Shown here: positions 49,887 to 62,502 of the stretch, piece by piece
Layout of the letters: the number at the start of each line of letters is the position of its first letter
How positions within the stretch are numbered: the stretch's first letter is position 1
Assembly (NCBI RefSeq): GCF_021028975.2
Contig: NC_059430.1
Coordinates: 10,974,001-11,038,000 of the forward strand
From: Sphaerodactylus townsendi
Taxonomy: Eukaryota
DNA: 64,000 nt
Direction of reading: 5' to 3'
The notes under the pieces: model-generated
Seen by the model: the letters and a program-made list of their open reading frames with translations, nothing else
Database searches by the model: none
What the model was told of the DNA's origin: nothing
Made by a program: the position numbers and the translations under genes

Positions 49887-52800
49887 CTGAAAGAAAATCA
49901 GAACTTAGGTTCACATTGGCTCTATTTTTCGCTCTATTTTCCCAGTCTCATTTCCTTCATCTTCTATTGAGTAGAACAGTGGTGACGAACCTATGGCACG
50001 GGTGCCAGAGGGGGCACTCAGAGCCCTCTCTGTGGGCACGCACAAACAGAATCCCATCCCCCCCACATCCAGGCTGGCCTGGGCCACTGGGCTCAATTAT
50101 TAGCATTAAACCTAAGACCTAGTTTTGGGGAAGCAGTGTAGGTAACCCTATTGAGCGCTTTAATCCCCATTGATTTTCATGCGAAGAACTAAAGCGGCAT
50201 CCTTTACCTGGGAGTAAACTTAGTTGCTGGCAATGGGGCTTACTTCTGAGTCGTGATTCACCCGTTGGAAGAGGTGCACGGTTGCTTCAAAGCAAAGCCA
50301 CCAACTGCCACCAAGCTTACTCCCGAGTAACACACGCCTCGGAGCCAACCGTTTTTTCTAAACTAAAACCTCAGTATTGAGGTTAAATTGCCATGTTGGC
50401 ACTTTGCAATAGATAAGTGGTGTGATGGAAAATAGTTAGCTGAACTGTGTATTAGCAAGAAACATGTGATATTATGCAACCAGTATTATTAGGAAGCTGA
50501 AGTATGTCAACATGGAGTTTACAGACTTCATCTCAAAAAGAGGCGTGTCATGGAATGATGCTATCGCTACAGTAAAGGGAAGTCACATATGACTGTGAAA
50601 AGCATCTTTGCCTTTTGATTTCCTGGAGGGAGGACAGGAAACTATGCAGAGGTGCTAGGATGAAACTTCAAAGGCCTAAGTTACCTCATGGCCTGAACAG
50701 AGTTTTCCTGAGAAGGGGAAAACAAAGGGTTTTGAATTCCATCTTGAGACGTGGACAGAGAAGCATCTCGGGGCCATGGGTTCCCGGAATGGGGACAAAG
50801 AACCAACAGTAATGTAACCAGTTGAGCAACCTCCGTGCATTTAAGTTTTATTTCTTTGATTTCTGTTTTTCAATAAAAATCGTTGAGACCTCAGCTGGTT
50901 GGAGGTATTGGGGAAAAGAACCCAGGTTTTACTGAAACAAGCATGGCTCTCCCAGGCTTGCTTTCATGATATGTGGGTTTTGGGTTGCAATTTGGGCCCT
51001 CGGTCTCAAAAAGGTTCGCCATCACTGGAGTAGAACCTTAGACATACTGTAACCTACTGCTTCATTCACCTTGATGTACTCCAAGGAGACATTTTTTTAA
51101 TGCAAGAGGCTCTTCTGCTGGTGGAAAGGCCTTTGGGCTGGAGGACAATGAAAAGCAATAAGGTACAATCAATACTTCACCATCTTGAAAAAGCAGGATT
51201 TTTGCAGATGGTTTTTGAACAGTTTTCTGTGGGGCAGGCATGCAGGCTCTGTGGTAAACACTTAAAACATTCAAGGAAGGTGGCAGCAGTGGTGTAGTGG
51301 CTAAGAGCAGGTGCACTCTGATCTGGAGGAACCGGGGTTGATTCCCAGCTCTGCCACTTGAGTTGTGGAGGCTTATCTGGGGAATTCAGATTAGCCTGTG
51401 CACTCCCACACACGCCAGCTGGGTGACCTTGGGCTAGTCACAGCTTTCTGGAGCTCTCTCAGCCCCACCTACCTCACAGGGTGTTTGTTGTGAGGGGGGA
51501 AGGGCAAGGAGATTGTAAGCCCCTTTGAGTCTCCTACAGGAGAGAAAGGGGGGGATATAAATCCAAACTCCACCTTTTCCTCCTCCCCCTCCTTTTGCCT
51601 CCCTTTCATTATCCCTGAATTCCAGTTTAACATAGCTACGTTTCAGAAGGCCAGACAATAGTTCAAGTAGAGGTAAACTAGCTGACTTCTCTTTTCTGGA
51701 CAAACAGCCATATTTTACCTTAGCTATCTGAAAGTTGTTTTAAAGCACAAGGAGAAGGTCTCTGTTTTCAGTAGTTTAAGAAGTTTTAAACACTAACCAA
51801 TCATCACATCAATGTTTCACAGCACAATCGCTCTACAAGATATACAGACAATTACCCCCCCACACACCCCCAGATGTTAAAGTAGTATGGAAGAGCAACT
51901 GCCACCATTTTTGATGGGTCTTGCAGGTTTTATAGTGCTTCTGAAACCCAGGCTCATTCCGCACATGCAGAATAATGCACTTTCAAACTGCTTTCAGTGC
52001 TCTTTGAAGCTGTGCGGAATGGCAAAATCCACTTGCAAACAGTTGTGAAAGTGGTTTGAAAATGTATTATTTCGCGTGTGCGGAAGGGGCCCCACACCAA
52101 GTTTTAGCAGAGACTCATAAAAATGAAACCCATACACTCACGAACAATGGTTTTACTACAGAACTGCACAACCTTTGGTCCATCTACCTGAAAGCAACCC
52201 ATCAATTAAGGTTCCCCATGTATCTCTCCTTCTCTTCTTCAGTCTCACAAGCAGGAATTTTGCAGTCAGACCTCTGATACGCCAGGTGATGGACTACATT
52301 CAGCTTGGGAGATCAAGTTGTGATCTCAAAAGCTGTGGTGGTAGTGAGCTATACAGTGTGTACACAATCTTTGCATGGGAGAGAGCAAGATGCCAATTTG
52401 TTTAACAACAACCACCACCTTTATTTGGCATTTAAAAATAGGTTCTAGAGCGTTGCCAGACATTTTTGAAATACAAATCAAGAGTACATTCAAAGCACAG
52501 ACAGGAAGACTGTATATCGCAGTATACATTACTCAGAAAGTTCTGTCACTTGTAAAAGAAATTTTGCTACTTTTTCCAAGAGCATGACATCTGTGTTGTT
52601 TAACAGAAGCTTCACCACAGAACAGTGAGAGTCACTTTCGGATTTGTCTAGGGCCAGCCTGGGAGAGAAATTCCTGATGCCCACATATCTCGGACAGTCA
52701 AGAATAATGCGAGCAAGAGTCTCCACTTGGTTTTTACAGTGTGGACAAACCCGATCCTGGAGAGGGATGGATAAGTAACGACCCTTCGTAATGGCCGATG

Positions 52801-55800
52801 GGAAGGTATTGGATCTGGCCCTTGTGATAATTCATCTCTGGCCAATTTGTTTATTTCTATTCTTAAAGCAGAAAAAACCAACCACCACCAGGTCAACAAA
52901 CAATACCTTTAGCTGTAGCAGGCAGGTAGGGACAGCCATTCTGTTGACACTGTCCGAGGAGGTTTTGATGTCCACTCGCCAGTCCATATCAACCAGTCGG
53001 GGCAGGGAAACTGTGGAATTAATGAAATAGAACTATCACCGGCTTTTATCTGCTAGAATGCCACTATTCTTAGTCTCTACTACAGGACCACTCAGCAGCT
53101 CCAAGATTCTTTCTAGGGGTCTTCTTTCAAAAGCATTTCGTTAGCAAGCTTGTGCCTGTTTTCCAACTGGATAAGATTCTTGCCCAACAAATATAAGCCC
53201 AAATAAGAAAATGGAAGGAGTTCATAATCCAGTAGGGGAACAGTAGTTATTTGTAGGACCACCCAAGTGGTGTAGGAGGTTAAGAGCTCGGGTATCTAAT
53301 CTGGAGGAACCGGGTTTGATTCCCAGCTCTGCCGCCTGAGCTGTGGAGGCTTCTCTAGGGAATTCAGATTAGCTTGTACACTCCCACACACGCCAGCTGG
53401 GTGACCTTGGGCTAGTCACAGCTTCTCGGAGCTCTCTCAGCCCCACCTACCTCAAAGGGTGTTTGTTGTGAGGGGGGAAGGGCAAGGAGATTGTAAGCCC
53501 CTTTAAGTCTCCTGCAGGAGAGAAAGGAGGGATATAAATCCAAACTCTTCAAACTCTTCTATATGCAGCCCAGGGATGACTAAAGCTCAGTGGTGTAGCC
53601 AATAGGTAAAAAGGTAAAGTTTCCCCTTCAGCCGTGTCCGACCCTGGGGTACCACTGCGAGCAGTGATTTCATAGGCAAGCCATTTTTGTGGGGTAGTTT
53701 GCCATGGCTTTCCCCGGCTATTCTTTATCCCCTAGCTATGAGCTAGGTACTCATTCACCGACCAAGAAATGGATGGATGGCTGAGTTGACCATGAGCCAG
53801 CTGCCAGGATATCTGACCCACAGGGGGCCCGAACTCCTGACCGTGTGAGTGGCAGTATTTCTGTGTTAATAGGCTATATGCACCTCACTGAATACAGTGA
53901 GCATATATGTCTCTCTTTTGCCAGTACCCTCACAGCTAGCAATGCAAATGGATGGCAAGTAGGTGTCTTATCTCATAAAATAAGGCACAGGAAGAAACAG
54001 CCACATACCAGGCTACTCTATTCAGAGGGCCTCACCTTTTGACCTCACAGTGTATATACTCCACTTGCTTTCCATTCCTACTATCAGATCCTCTGATAGT
54101 AGATGCCAGCCACAGATGCAGGCGAAACGTCAGGAGAGAATGCTGCTAGAACACAGCCATACAGCCCGGAAACCACACAGTACCCCAGCCACATAAAGTG
54201 CTTGCCTTTTGTGAAGGGGTCTTAAACAGAGATTAATTCATTTCCACATGTTTCATATTACTTAGTAGGCAACGCAATAACAATGGTCGCTAACGAAACA
54301 TAGAGGTTCCCATTTCAGATATATAGGTTACTCCACCTCACAGGGACGTAGTTATAGAATTTTTATGGGGTGAGGAGCTCAGGGGGCAGGGCTCAGGGGG
54401 CGAGGCCTGCCCCACCCACCCCTGGGGGTGTGGCCCCACCTCCCCAAGCCCTGCCTCCAGCCTGCAAGCCAGCCGGAGTCCAGGAAAGAAAGTCTTGCCT
54501 CTCACGAGACCTGCTAGGCGAGAGGCGAGACTTTCTTTCCCAGGCTCCGGCTGGCTTGCAGCTTGCAAGCAGGAGATGCGGGCTGTGCCTGTGTGGGCGC
54601 ACAGGAGCGCCCGACCCTGCTGGACATGCAATGGGGGGGTTAAACCCAAGAACCTCCCCTCAGCTACGTCCCTGCCACCTCACTACCTGATACTTACTTT
54701 GACTGGCTTGTACTTCATTTCTCCAGGTAGATCTGAGAAGAGGGGAAGAGAACACAAAACAGTTATTGTAAAACTAGCAGTACCCAGCCACGCGTTGCTG
54801 TGGGTTATTGTGGTGAAATGGGAAAGGAACAGACGCTGACCCTTCCCTCTCCCTCCGCTAGGGTGGGTGGGTCATATCCAGATGCTGGGGCCCCTCCCTC
54901 CCCTCCCTTGCATGCCACTCCTCACTCTCTCCCCTCCCTCACTTCTCTTCCCTTGCATGCCACGCCTCCCCCTCTCTCCCTTCCCTCTCCCGCGTGTTTA
55001 TGTAGGTGTATGTGTTTCACTTCTACTCGAGCTATTGCCTATCTACTGTGTTCACTGCTCATATCTGGCCATCTGAGCGAACATTCTAAGCTGCACGAAC
55101 ATTCCAAGGGTGACAGTTACACACAGGCAGCTGCATGTCCTTCACCATGGAGCGCGAGGAAAAAGGCATTTTACCTGGGCCAGGTGTGAAATTTCAGGTA
55201 TGTGAACATCTAAAAACACACTCACCTGGCTGACTATAGTGGCTGAGAATTTTAAGAGGAATTGGCCCAGCAGTTACTGAGTTATACTAACACTAACAAA
55301 TACACGGTTAGCTTTATATATAGATTAAGTAGTAGTAGAGTCAGGCAAGCAATTTCCACCAAACAGTTGTTTTGTAACCACAGTGTCTGAAAGAGTCCAT
55401 ACGTGAACTCAGTGCCACTACTGTGCATTTGACCATTTCCACTGGAATCTGCCTTGTACTGCAGTGTTTCAGACAAACTAGCTCTTTTTGATCGCCACCA
55501 CTCTGTATCAACAATAGAACTGCCTGAGGGAACCCATCAACCATATTTGATTGCAACATGTAAATCTACCCTTCTCTGATCACCTGAGCTGTAAACAAAG
55601 AGTGGGACAAACTTTTGTTTTTCCTACTGAGGGGATCTCCATTGTCTCCTAAGACTTTAGGGATCTGGGTTCATTTTGAATATTAACCTTCCCATCAGTT
55701 TCCATGTGTACTAACATAGGCCCCTTCCGCACACACAAAATAATGCGTTTTCAAACCACTTTCACAACTGTTTGCAAGTGGATTTTGCCATTCCGCACAG

Positions 55801-58800
55801 CTTCAAAGAGCACTGAAAGCAGTTTGAAAGTGCATTATTCTGCATGTGCAGAATGAGCCATAGTAAGTATATAGGTTTTGGGTTCGCTGCTCTGAGGTAA
55901 ATTTTGTGGCGCACAAGGAGATTACTGAGCTCATTGAGGCTGGATTAATATATGAACAGCTATGATTTATGTATTGACAACTTGGTTTGAAGGAACAAAC
56001 TAGCAGCACACATCTGCAGGTAGACAAAGCAGAAACCTGGCACAAACATTTAAACTGGTTATGACCAGAGAGTAGTTAGACTTTTCCACAATGCTTTCAG
56101 GAACTAGTCACTGATTGGATTCCACCCCGCACCAGCCTGCCCTTTTTCCAGTCAGACTAAATTGTACCAAGTTTGCTCATCACCAATAAAAGCTGCCACA
56201 TATTTCAGGAATGAATGTTGAAAGGGATTTGGGCGTCTTAGTTGATAGTTCCATGGGAATGTCAACTCAATGCAAGGCAGCTGTGAAAAAGGCAAACTCT
56301 ATGCTGGGGATCATTAGGAAAGGAATTGATAATAAAACTGCAAAGATTGCCATGCCCTTATATAAAGCTGTGGTGCGACCGCACTTGGAGTACTGTGTCC
56401 AGTTCTGGTCGCTGCATCTCAAGAAGGATATTGAGGAGATAGAAAAAGGGCAGAAAAGGGCAACGAGGATGATTGAGGGACTGGAGCACCTTCCCTATGA
56501 GGAAGGCACTTTTCCCTATGAGATATGATTGAAGTCTATAAAATTATGCATGGGGTAGAAAATGTTGACAGAGAGAAATTGTTCTCTCTTTCTCACAATA
56601 CTAGAACCAGGGGGCATTCATTGAAAATGCTGGGGGGAAGAATTAGGACTAATAAAAGGAAACACTTCTTCACGCAACGTGTGATTGGTGTTTGGAATAT
56701 ACTTCCACAGGAGGTGGTGATGGCCACTAACCTGGATAGCTTTAAAAGGGGCTTGGACAGATTTATGGAGGAGAAGTCGATTTATGGCTACCAATCTTGA
56801 TCCTCTTTGATCTGAGATTGCAAATGCCTTAACAGACCAGGTGATCGGGAGCAACAGCCGCAGAAGGCAATTGCTTTCACATTCTGCACGTGAGCTCCCA
56901 AAGGCACCTGGTGGGCCACTGCGAGTAGCAGAGAGCTGGACTAGATGGACTCTGGTCTGATCCAGCAGGCTTTTTCTTATGTTCTTATGTTGAAAACCCC
57001 AGTTCTTCAATTACACTGATCCATATTACAAACCAGACAATTCTACAGTGTGTTAATTATCCAATACAAACGCAGCAATAGCTGTGAACATCACAGATAC
57101 AAACCAAAATGATAGACCCTGCTTCAAACAGCCAGAACACCTTCCAAGGGGGTCTTGAGAGCGGCACTCCCTTGTTAGCACGTGCTTATTTTCCACTTGC
57201 ACGAGAATCTTGCCATCAGAGGAGGCATCCTGGGTGGCAGAACTGCAAATTAGGTTCAATTTCACAACTTGGAAACCTTTCCAATGCTCAGCAGCACCCA
57301 TGATTTGCGAGCTTTGATTTTTCTTTTCAGACAACCCCAGGGACGCTTCTTTAATCACCATTTGGCTTTGATACCCAAGTCACAACTTTGCCTCACTCGA
57401 TATCACCAGGAGAACACTTACAGGTTTTCCAGAATTATCTTGGTCAGAAGGTTTTTAAGGTTTTGGTGGAAGCCTTCTGGAAAGAGGGAGAGAATTTCTT
57501 CCGGTGAGGCCAGGCCCCGATACACAACATGCCTTGAAAGGTTGTGCAAAGACCAGATCAACTGTATGAGGAATCAGAAACGGAAAGACATGATTAAAGT
57601 GTTCCTATTATTGCCAGACAGGAGATTCGTTACCTCCTAAATTTGAGGGAATCCGCTTACCTTTTGGTCAATAGTTACTTCTCCCATGTAATCTGTTCTT
57701 AAGCATAAGCATTTTATTGTCATTGTGCATGCACAACGAAATTTACAGCAGCATTCCTCGATGCACACAATTTCAGACTCATACATCATACTCATACAAT
57801 TTCAGACTCATACATCATCCTCACTTTCCCCTTCCTTCACCCATCCCTACACAGCCCCAAACACATCAACACGAAGCCACGGAGTTTAGCATAGCCCCAG
57901 CTCTAGAGTAGAAGCTGTCTCTAAGCCTCTTTGTCCTAGATTTGATAGACCTGTATCGTCTACCAGATGGTAACAGTTCAAAAAGAGAGTGTGCTGGATG
58001 AGACGGGTCCCTCAGAATATTTTGGGCTTTTTTTAGGCTTCGGGAATTATAGAGTTCTTCCAAGGAGGAGAGAGGGCAGCCGATAATCCTTTGTGCAGTA
58101 GTGATCACTCTTTGGAGCGCCTTCCTATCTGCCACTGTGCAACTGGAGAGCCATACACAGATGCAGTAGGTTAAGACACTCTCTATAGCTCAGCGGTAAA
58201 AGGACACCAGGAGTTTTCCATCCAGTTGTTGCTTCCTTAAAAGTCTCAGATAGTACAGTTCTTCAACCTTAAACTGTACTCCATGATGTTTTCCCTGCAA
58301 TAAACCTAGACATGCTACCCTTCCTGGATTTTGATGCCTGCTCTCTAGTTCCTGCTGCTCCAGGACCTAATCAGTAGGCCAACATGGTTAAATCGTATCC
58401 AATAATACTCACTTGCTTAGCTTCATCTGCTGCAACTGAGAGGGTAGAACAGGTGTCCTCAATCAGTTTCTCTGAACCAGCGGCTGAACTCAAAAAGCAC
58501 TCTTGGCAAAGATGCCGGATTTCATCTTTTTTGGAAGCCTGTCAAAAAGAAACGCTCTTGATCTTTTTGAAAACACAGGATGGGGTGGTAGCAGTGAAAA
58601 TGGCTTTTTGAACAGAGTAAACATATCAATACAACATAAGACTATTAATAGTCATAAGCCATGATAGTCCACTAGAACCTCCATTTGCAGAGGCAGTATA
58701 CCTCTGACCATTTTGTTTTCAGACAGTTTAAACTTAGTACCTATAAGAAAAGACTGAAAGTGTAATACTGTTTCAGGGAATTTTACTTTGCGTGTTGGCA

Positions 58801-59630
58801 TCATTAAGATTGCATTTAAGAAGAAGAAAAGTTGGATTTATATCCCCCCTTTCTCTCCTGCAAGGAGACTCATAGGGGCTTACAAACTCCTTTCCCTTCT
58901 CCCCACACAACAAACACCCTGTGAAGTAGGTGGGGCTGAGAGAGCTCCGAAGAACTGTGACTAGCCCAAGATCACCCAGCTGGCGTGTGCTGGAGTGTAC
59001 AGGCTAATCTTGAATTCCCCAGATAAGCCTCTACAGATCAGGCAGCAGAACAGGAAATCAAACCTGGTTCCTCCAGATCAGAGTACACCTGCTCTTAACC
59101 ACTACGCCACTCTACTTTTACTTTGAATGTTGGTATCATCAAGATTGCATCTAAGAGGTCTGCCAAATGCAGTATCACAGCTCAGCTGGCAACTTTTCAC
59201 AAGTCATTTTAATAAATTCTCAAGCTGAAAAAAATGTCAATTAAAAAGTATTCCAAAATTCTCATTAATACAAGGGGTGTTTTTTTAAAAAGAAAGAAAG
59301 AAAACAAAATAAATATTAATGACTTCTGTCTTGTACAGGAGTCATACTTGAATCCCATCTGAGGCGCAGGCTCAACTTTTACCTTCATTGATTTATTGTG
59401 GAATCCTGGCTAAGTCTCAGCTGGGTTGCTATAAAGAGGTTTCTTTTTAAAATAAATGGGGCTACAGATAAAAGACAAATAAGCATTTTTAAACATCATC
59501 TCAATTCCAGATCTTCATTCAAAAGGGCCAGGAAGCAGATTGCTTGACAAACAGTATCCTAATAGCAGCACTTACTCACTTTTAGTAAGATCTGGAGAGC
59601 TAAAAACTGTTCTTGGCTCAGCGCAGCCAT
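49746..59630 (-). CDS. COMMD9: COMM domain-containing protein 9, complete, 6 coding exons, 198 aa
   Basis: Exons 59580-59630, 58413-58538, 57422-57561, 54698-54732, 52907-53010, 49746-49886 (sum 597 nt). MAALSQEQFLALQILLKASKKDEIRHLCQECF...ISLPRLVDMDWRVDIKTSSDSVNRMAVPTCLLQLK...MLDGLGRIRDQLSAVANK* matches recalled human COMMD9. Confidence 0.97.
50421..50971 (+). mobile_element. Probable solo LTR inserted in the hAT element
   Basis: Interrupts hAT sequence at TAAGTGG|GTTTTGG; TGTGATGGAA...TTCATGATA ends; (A/T)GTGG TSD; AATAAA at 50872. Confidence 0.55.
51283..51570 (+). mobile_element. Squam3-like SINE
   Basis: Full-length. Confidence 0.9.
52430..52840 (-). mobile_element. RTE-X-like LINE 3' fragment
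   Basis: ETLARIILDCPRY...EKVAKFLL. Confidence 0.6.
52907..53010 (-). CDS. COMMD9: COMMD9 coding exon 5
   Basis: ISLPRLVDMDWRVDIKTSSDSVNRMAVPTCLLQLK (COMM domain). Confidence 0.97.
53267..53560 (+). mobile_element. Squam3-like SINE
   Basis: Near full-length. Confidence 0.9.
53603..53860 (-). mobile_element. Sauria-type SINE (degenerate)
   Basis: (ACCTTT)-like tail, GTACTCATT..GGCTGAGTTGACC. Confidence 0.6.
54341..54674. mobile_element. hAT non-autonomous element
   Basis: TIR CAGGGACGTAG; TSD CCACCTCA. Confidence 0.9.
54698..54732 (-). CDS. COMMD9: COMMD9 coding exon 4
   Basis: STWRNEVQASQ; 35 nt, cttctcag/GTAAGT. Confidence 0.93.
56208..56990 (+). mobile_element. CR1 LINE 3' portion with internal deletion
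   Basis: ERDLGVLVD..VRPHLEYCVQFW..EVYKIMHG; tail GTTCTTAT. Confidence 0.92.
57422..57561 (-). CDS. COMMD9: COMMD9 coding exon 3
   Basis: LIWSLHNLSRHVVYRGLASPEEILSLFPEGFHQNLKNLLTKIILEN; 140 nt. Confidence 0.96.
57698..58260 (-). mobile_element. Rex1/Babar LINE 3' fragment (short copy also at 32848-32995)
   Basis: LQRVITTAQRIIG..DPSHPAHSLFELLPSGRRYRS; (CTTATG)n tail. Confidence 0.88.
58413..58538 (-). CDS. COMMD9: COMMD9 coding exon 2
   Basis: ASKKDEIRHLCQECFLSSAAGSEKLIEDTCSTLSVAADEAKQ; 126 nt. Confidence 0.95.
58818..59110 (-). mobile_element. Squam3-like SINE with ~40-bp flanking duplication
   Basis: 58781-58820 closely resembles 59116-59155. Confidence 0.88.
59580..59630 (-). CDS. COMMD9: COMMD9 coding exon 1
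   Basis: aagATGG Kozak; MAALSQEQFLALQILLK; donor GTGAGT. Confidence 0.95.
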
Positions 59631-59780
59631 CTTCCCTGATCACATGATCGTCAGTCGCCCAATCAGAGAGGAAGAGAATAATTTTGGGTCAGCTTTCTAA
59701 TAAGCTGCTCTGAATCTTGGGAATTGTAGTCCTAGGAGGATAACCAATAGCAGGAGAAACATAGAAGCGCTTCAGTGTCT
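59631..59780 (-). promoter_or_regulatory. COMMD9 proximal promoter / 5'UTR
   Basis: GATCACATGATC E-box-like palindrome, two CCAAT boxes, GGGAATTGTAGT (ZNF143/SBS-type motif) at 59719-30. Confidence 0.6.
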
Positions 59781-60091
59781 GTTTTTCAAAGAAAACCGGT
59801 CCCCCCCCCCCCCAATATTATTTTTTCACCAACAAATTTACTCCTTCCAGTAGAGTTCCTTTACGTGGATTTGCATGACCCCAGTAGCAACAGACACGTG
59901 TTTCAAACGAATTGCAAAAACAAATGGAATGGAGCCTGCTTCGTGTCTAGATACTTGCAACCTCTAAAGATGCACCGTTTATGGGGGTCAGTTTCCTTTC
60001 CCCAGAATAATAATGCCTAAATAAGTATCCTTATTTAGTGGGGTGCTGTGTGGTTTCCGGGCTGTCTGGCCGTGTTCTAGCAGCATTCTCT

Positions 60092-60132
60092 CCTGACGTT
60101 TCGCCTGCATCCGTGGCTGGCATCTTCAGAGG
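60092..60132 (-). ncRNA. Minimal hammerhead ribozyme motif (Penelope-derived), inverted copy
   Basis: Reverse complement has an intact CUGAAGA...GAAACGUC core. Confidence 0.65.
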
Positions 60133-60349
60133 ATCCTGAGTTGTGCTACTTCATTTGGCAGACCTCTTAGATGCAATCTTGCAATCTCTGAGCTGTGATA
60201 CTTCATTTGGAAGACCTCTTAGATGCAATCTTGATGATACCAACATGCAAAGTAAAAGTGCTGTGGCGTAGTGGTTAAGAGCAGGCGTACTCTAATCTGG
60301 AGGAACCAGGTTTGATTTCCTGTTCGGCTGCCTGATCTGTAGAGGATCT

Positions 60350-60390
60350 CCTCTGAAGATGCCAGCCACAGATGCAGGCGAAACGTCAGG
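60350..60390 (+). ncRNA. Minimal type-I hammerhead ribozyme motif (Penelope-derived)
   Basis: CCU-CUGAAGA-U-GCC..GGC-GAAA-CG-UC-AGG: catalytic core, stem II GCC/GGC, palindromic ACGU stem III. Confidence 0.65.
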
Positions 60391-61217
60391 AGAGAATGCT
60401 GCTAGAACACGGCCAGACAGCCCGGAAACCACACAGCACCCCAGTGATTCCGACCGTGAAAACCTTCGACAATACATATCCTTATTTAATTCTCCTTATT
60501 CAGATATCATCAGGATTGAAACTAAACGAATTGAGAGGGGCAGGGAAAATTTGCCATCCATTTTAAAAGAAAAAAAAATTCACCCTTGAACCTCTCCTGA
60601 ATAATACACCCGCCTGGGCGAAAAAGTTGACTCCCCCTTCTGCACAGGAAGAATAATCCACTTTCAATCCACTGTCAATGCACTTTGCAGCTGGATTTGA
60701 CTGTGCGGAATAGCCTAATCCACTTGCAAACCATTGTGAAAGTGGATTGAAAGTGCAGTATTCTGCATGTGCGAAAGGGGGATTTCGTGGATCACCTCGG
60801 TTTTCAGCCTGTTCCGCACATGCAGAATAATGCGCTTTCAATCCACTTTCATAACAGTTTGAAAGTGGATTCTGCTATTCCGCACAGTCAAATCCAGCTG
60901 CAAAGTGGATTGAAAGTGCATTATTCTGCAGGTACAGAAGTCTATTTCCATCAGCTGCTGTCCATCAAAACCGCATCAATAGAGGGCGCCCCAGGACTGC
61001 AAGGTTGTCATCGGGTTCAGTTTTTGCTGGTTCCCCCCCCTCCCACTCTGCATGATGCAACGGATTGGCTGTTTCATCCGTCAATAACGCCCGTGGGTGG
61101 GAGGAAACAGCATATTCCTTAGGAAGGCTCTCTTGACATCATCTTCAAGCGACGGAATGTGAGGGGCGGGGTGTAATTCTGACCCTGGTGAACAGCAGTT
61201 TGGTCCGACTGGCTATT

Positions 61218-61355
61218 ATGGCTTCGGTTGCAGAAGCAGGAGAGCCCAGCTCGGTCACGGCGGAGGCGTCTGCCCCATTGGAGGACCCGGCGGAAAAGCT
61301 CACCTTAGAGATCCTGGAAGGCTGCCTCTGCTCGCTGCCCGACTTGCTGGGGCAG
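61218..61355 (+). CDS. Unidentified gene, first coding exon (head-to-head with COMMD9)
   Basis: GC box at 61161, strong Kozak attATGG, MASVAEAGEPSSVTAEASAPLEDPAEKLTLEILEGCLCSLPDLLGQ, phase-0 donor CAG|GTTAGT. Confidence 0.65.
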
Positions 61356-61389
61356 GTTAGTGATAAGAGGCGATTGGGGGAAATGCAGT

Positions 61390-62080
61390 GAATAGAATAG
61401 AATAGAATAGAATCTTCATTGGCCAAGTGTGATTGGACACACAAGGAATTTGTCTCCGGTGCATGTGCTCTCAGTGTACATAAAAGAAAAATACATTTGT
61501 CAAGAATCATAAGGTACAGCACTTAATGATTGTCATATAGGTCTAGTAAGCAATCAGGAAACAATCAGTAGTAATGAAAACATAAAATGTAAAATCATAA
61601 AATAAAATAAAATAAAATGAAATGTCAGCACAGGCTATAGTCATACAGTCATAAGTGGGAGGAGATGGGTAATAGGAATGATGAAAAAAGTAGTGCAGTA
61701 ATTAATTATAATAGAGTATATAATAAATAGTTTAACGATTGGTTCGAGGGAATTATTTTGTTTAACAGGAGTGATGGCATTCGGGAAAAAACTGTTCTTA
61801 TGTCTAGTTGTCTTGGTGTGCAGTGCTCTGTAGCGACGTTTAGAGGGTAAGAGTTGAAACAGTTTATGTCCAGGATGCGAGGGGTCAGTAAATATTTTCA
61901 CAGCCTTTTTTTTGACCCGTGCAGTATACAGGTCCTCAATGGAAGGCAGGTTAGCAGCAATTGTTTTTTCTGCAGTTCTGATTATTCTCTGAAGTCTGTG
62001 TCGATCTTGTTGGGTTGCAGAACCAAACCACACAGTTATAGAGGTGCAGATGACAGACTCAATGATTCCTCTGTAGAATG
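61390..62080 (-). mobile_element. Rex1/Babar LINE 3' fragment (short copy also at 30665-30788)
   Basis: IESVICTSITVWFG..DPSHPGHKLFQLLPSKRRYR; (TTCTA)n tail. Confidence 0.88.
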
Positions 62081-62382
62081 CTCGAAGTGATGCTCGAAGG
62101 TATGCTCGAAGGTAGTGATGCTCGAAGGTAGCAGGAGTAACGTTTGTATAAACAAAATGCAAATATTTTTTGTATAATAATAAAATCAGTATCCTGAAGC
62201 AGAATGACAGGGTATTGACAGGAAGAAACAACGAAAATTATTAGTGCACGTTGCCAAATAAGAATTGCAGTTCTTTCTGCTAGTTTTGTGGGTCTAATTA
62301 ATTTGGGATCTTAGCCTATTTGTAGAAGTGAAATCCTGTTCTGCAGTGTAATCCTGTTATGACACTGTTTGTTCTTTTGAAG

Positions 62383-62502
62383 CTTAATCTTGGAGACGAT
62401 GTGGTGAAAATTAACATTGACTGGAGCAAGTTTCAGCACACTCCGCCACCCCAGCCCATGTTGCTCTTAAGTGTTCTGCAGCAGCATATTTCAGATTTGC
62501 AG
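62383..62502 (+). CDS. Unidentified gene, second coding exon
   Basis: gttcttttgaag acceptor; 120 nt phase 0-0; LNLGDDVVKINIDWSKFQHTPPPQPMLLLSVLQQHISDLQ; donor CAG|GTAAAC. Confidence 0.65.
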
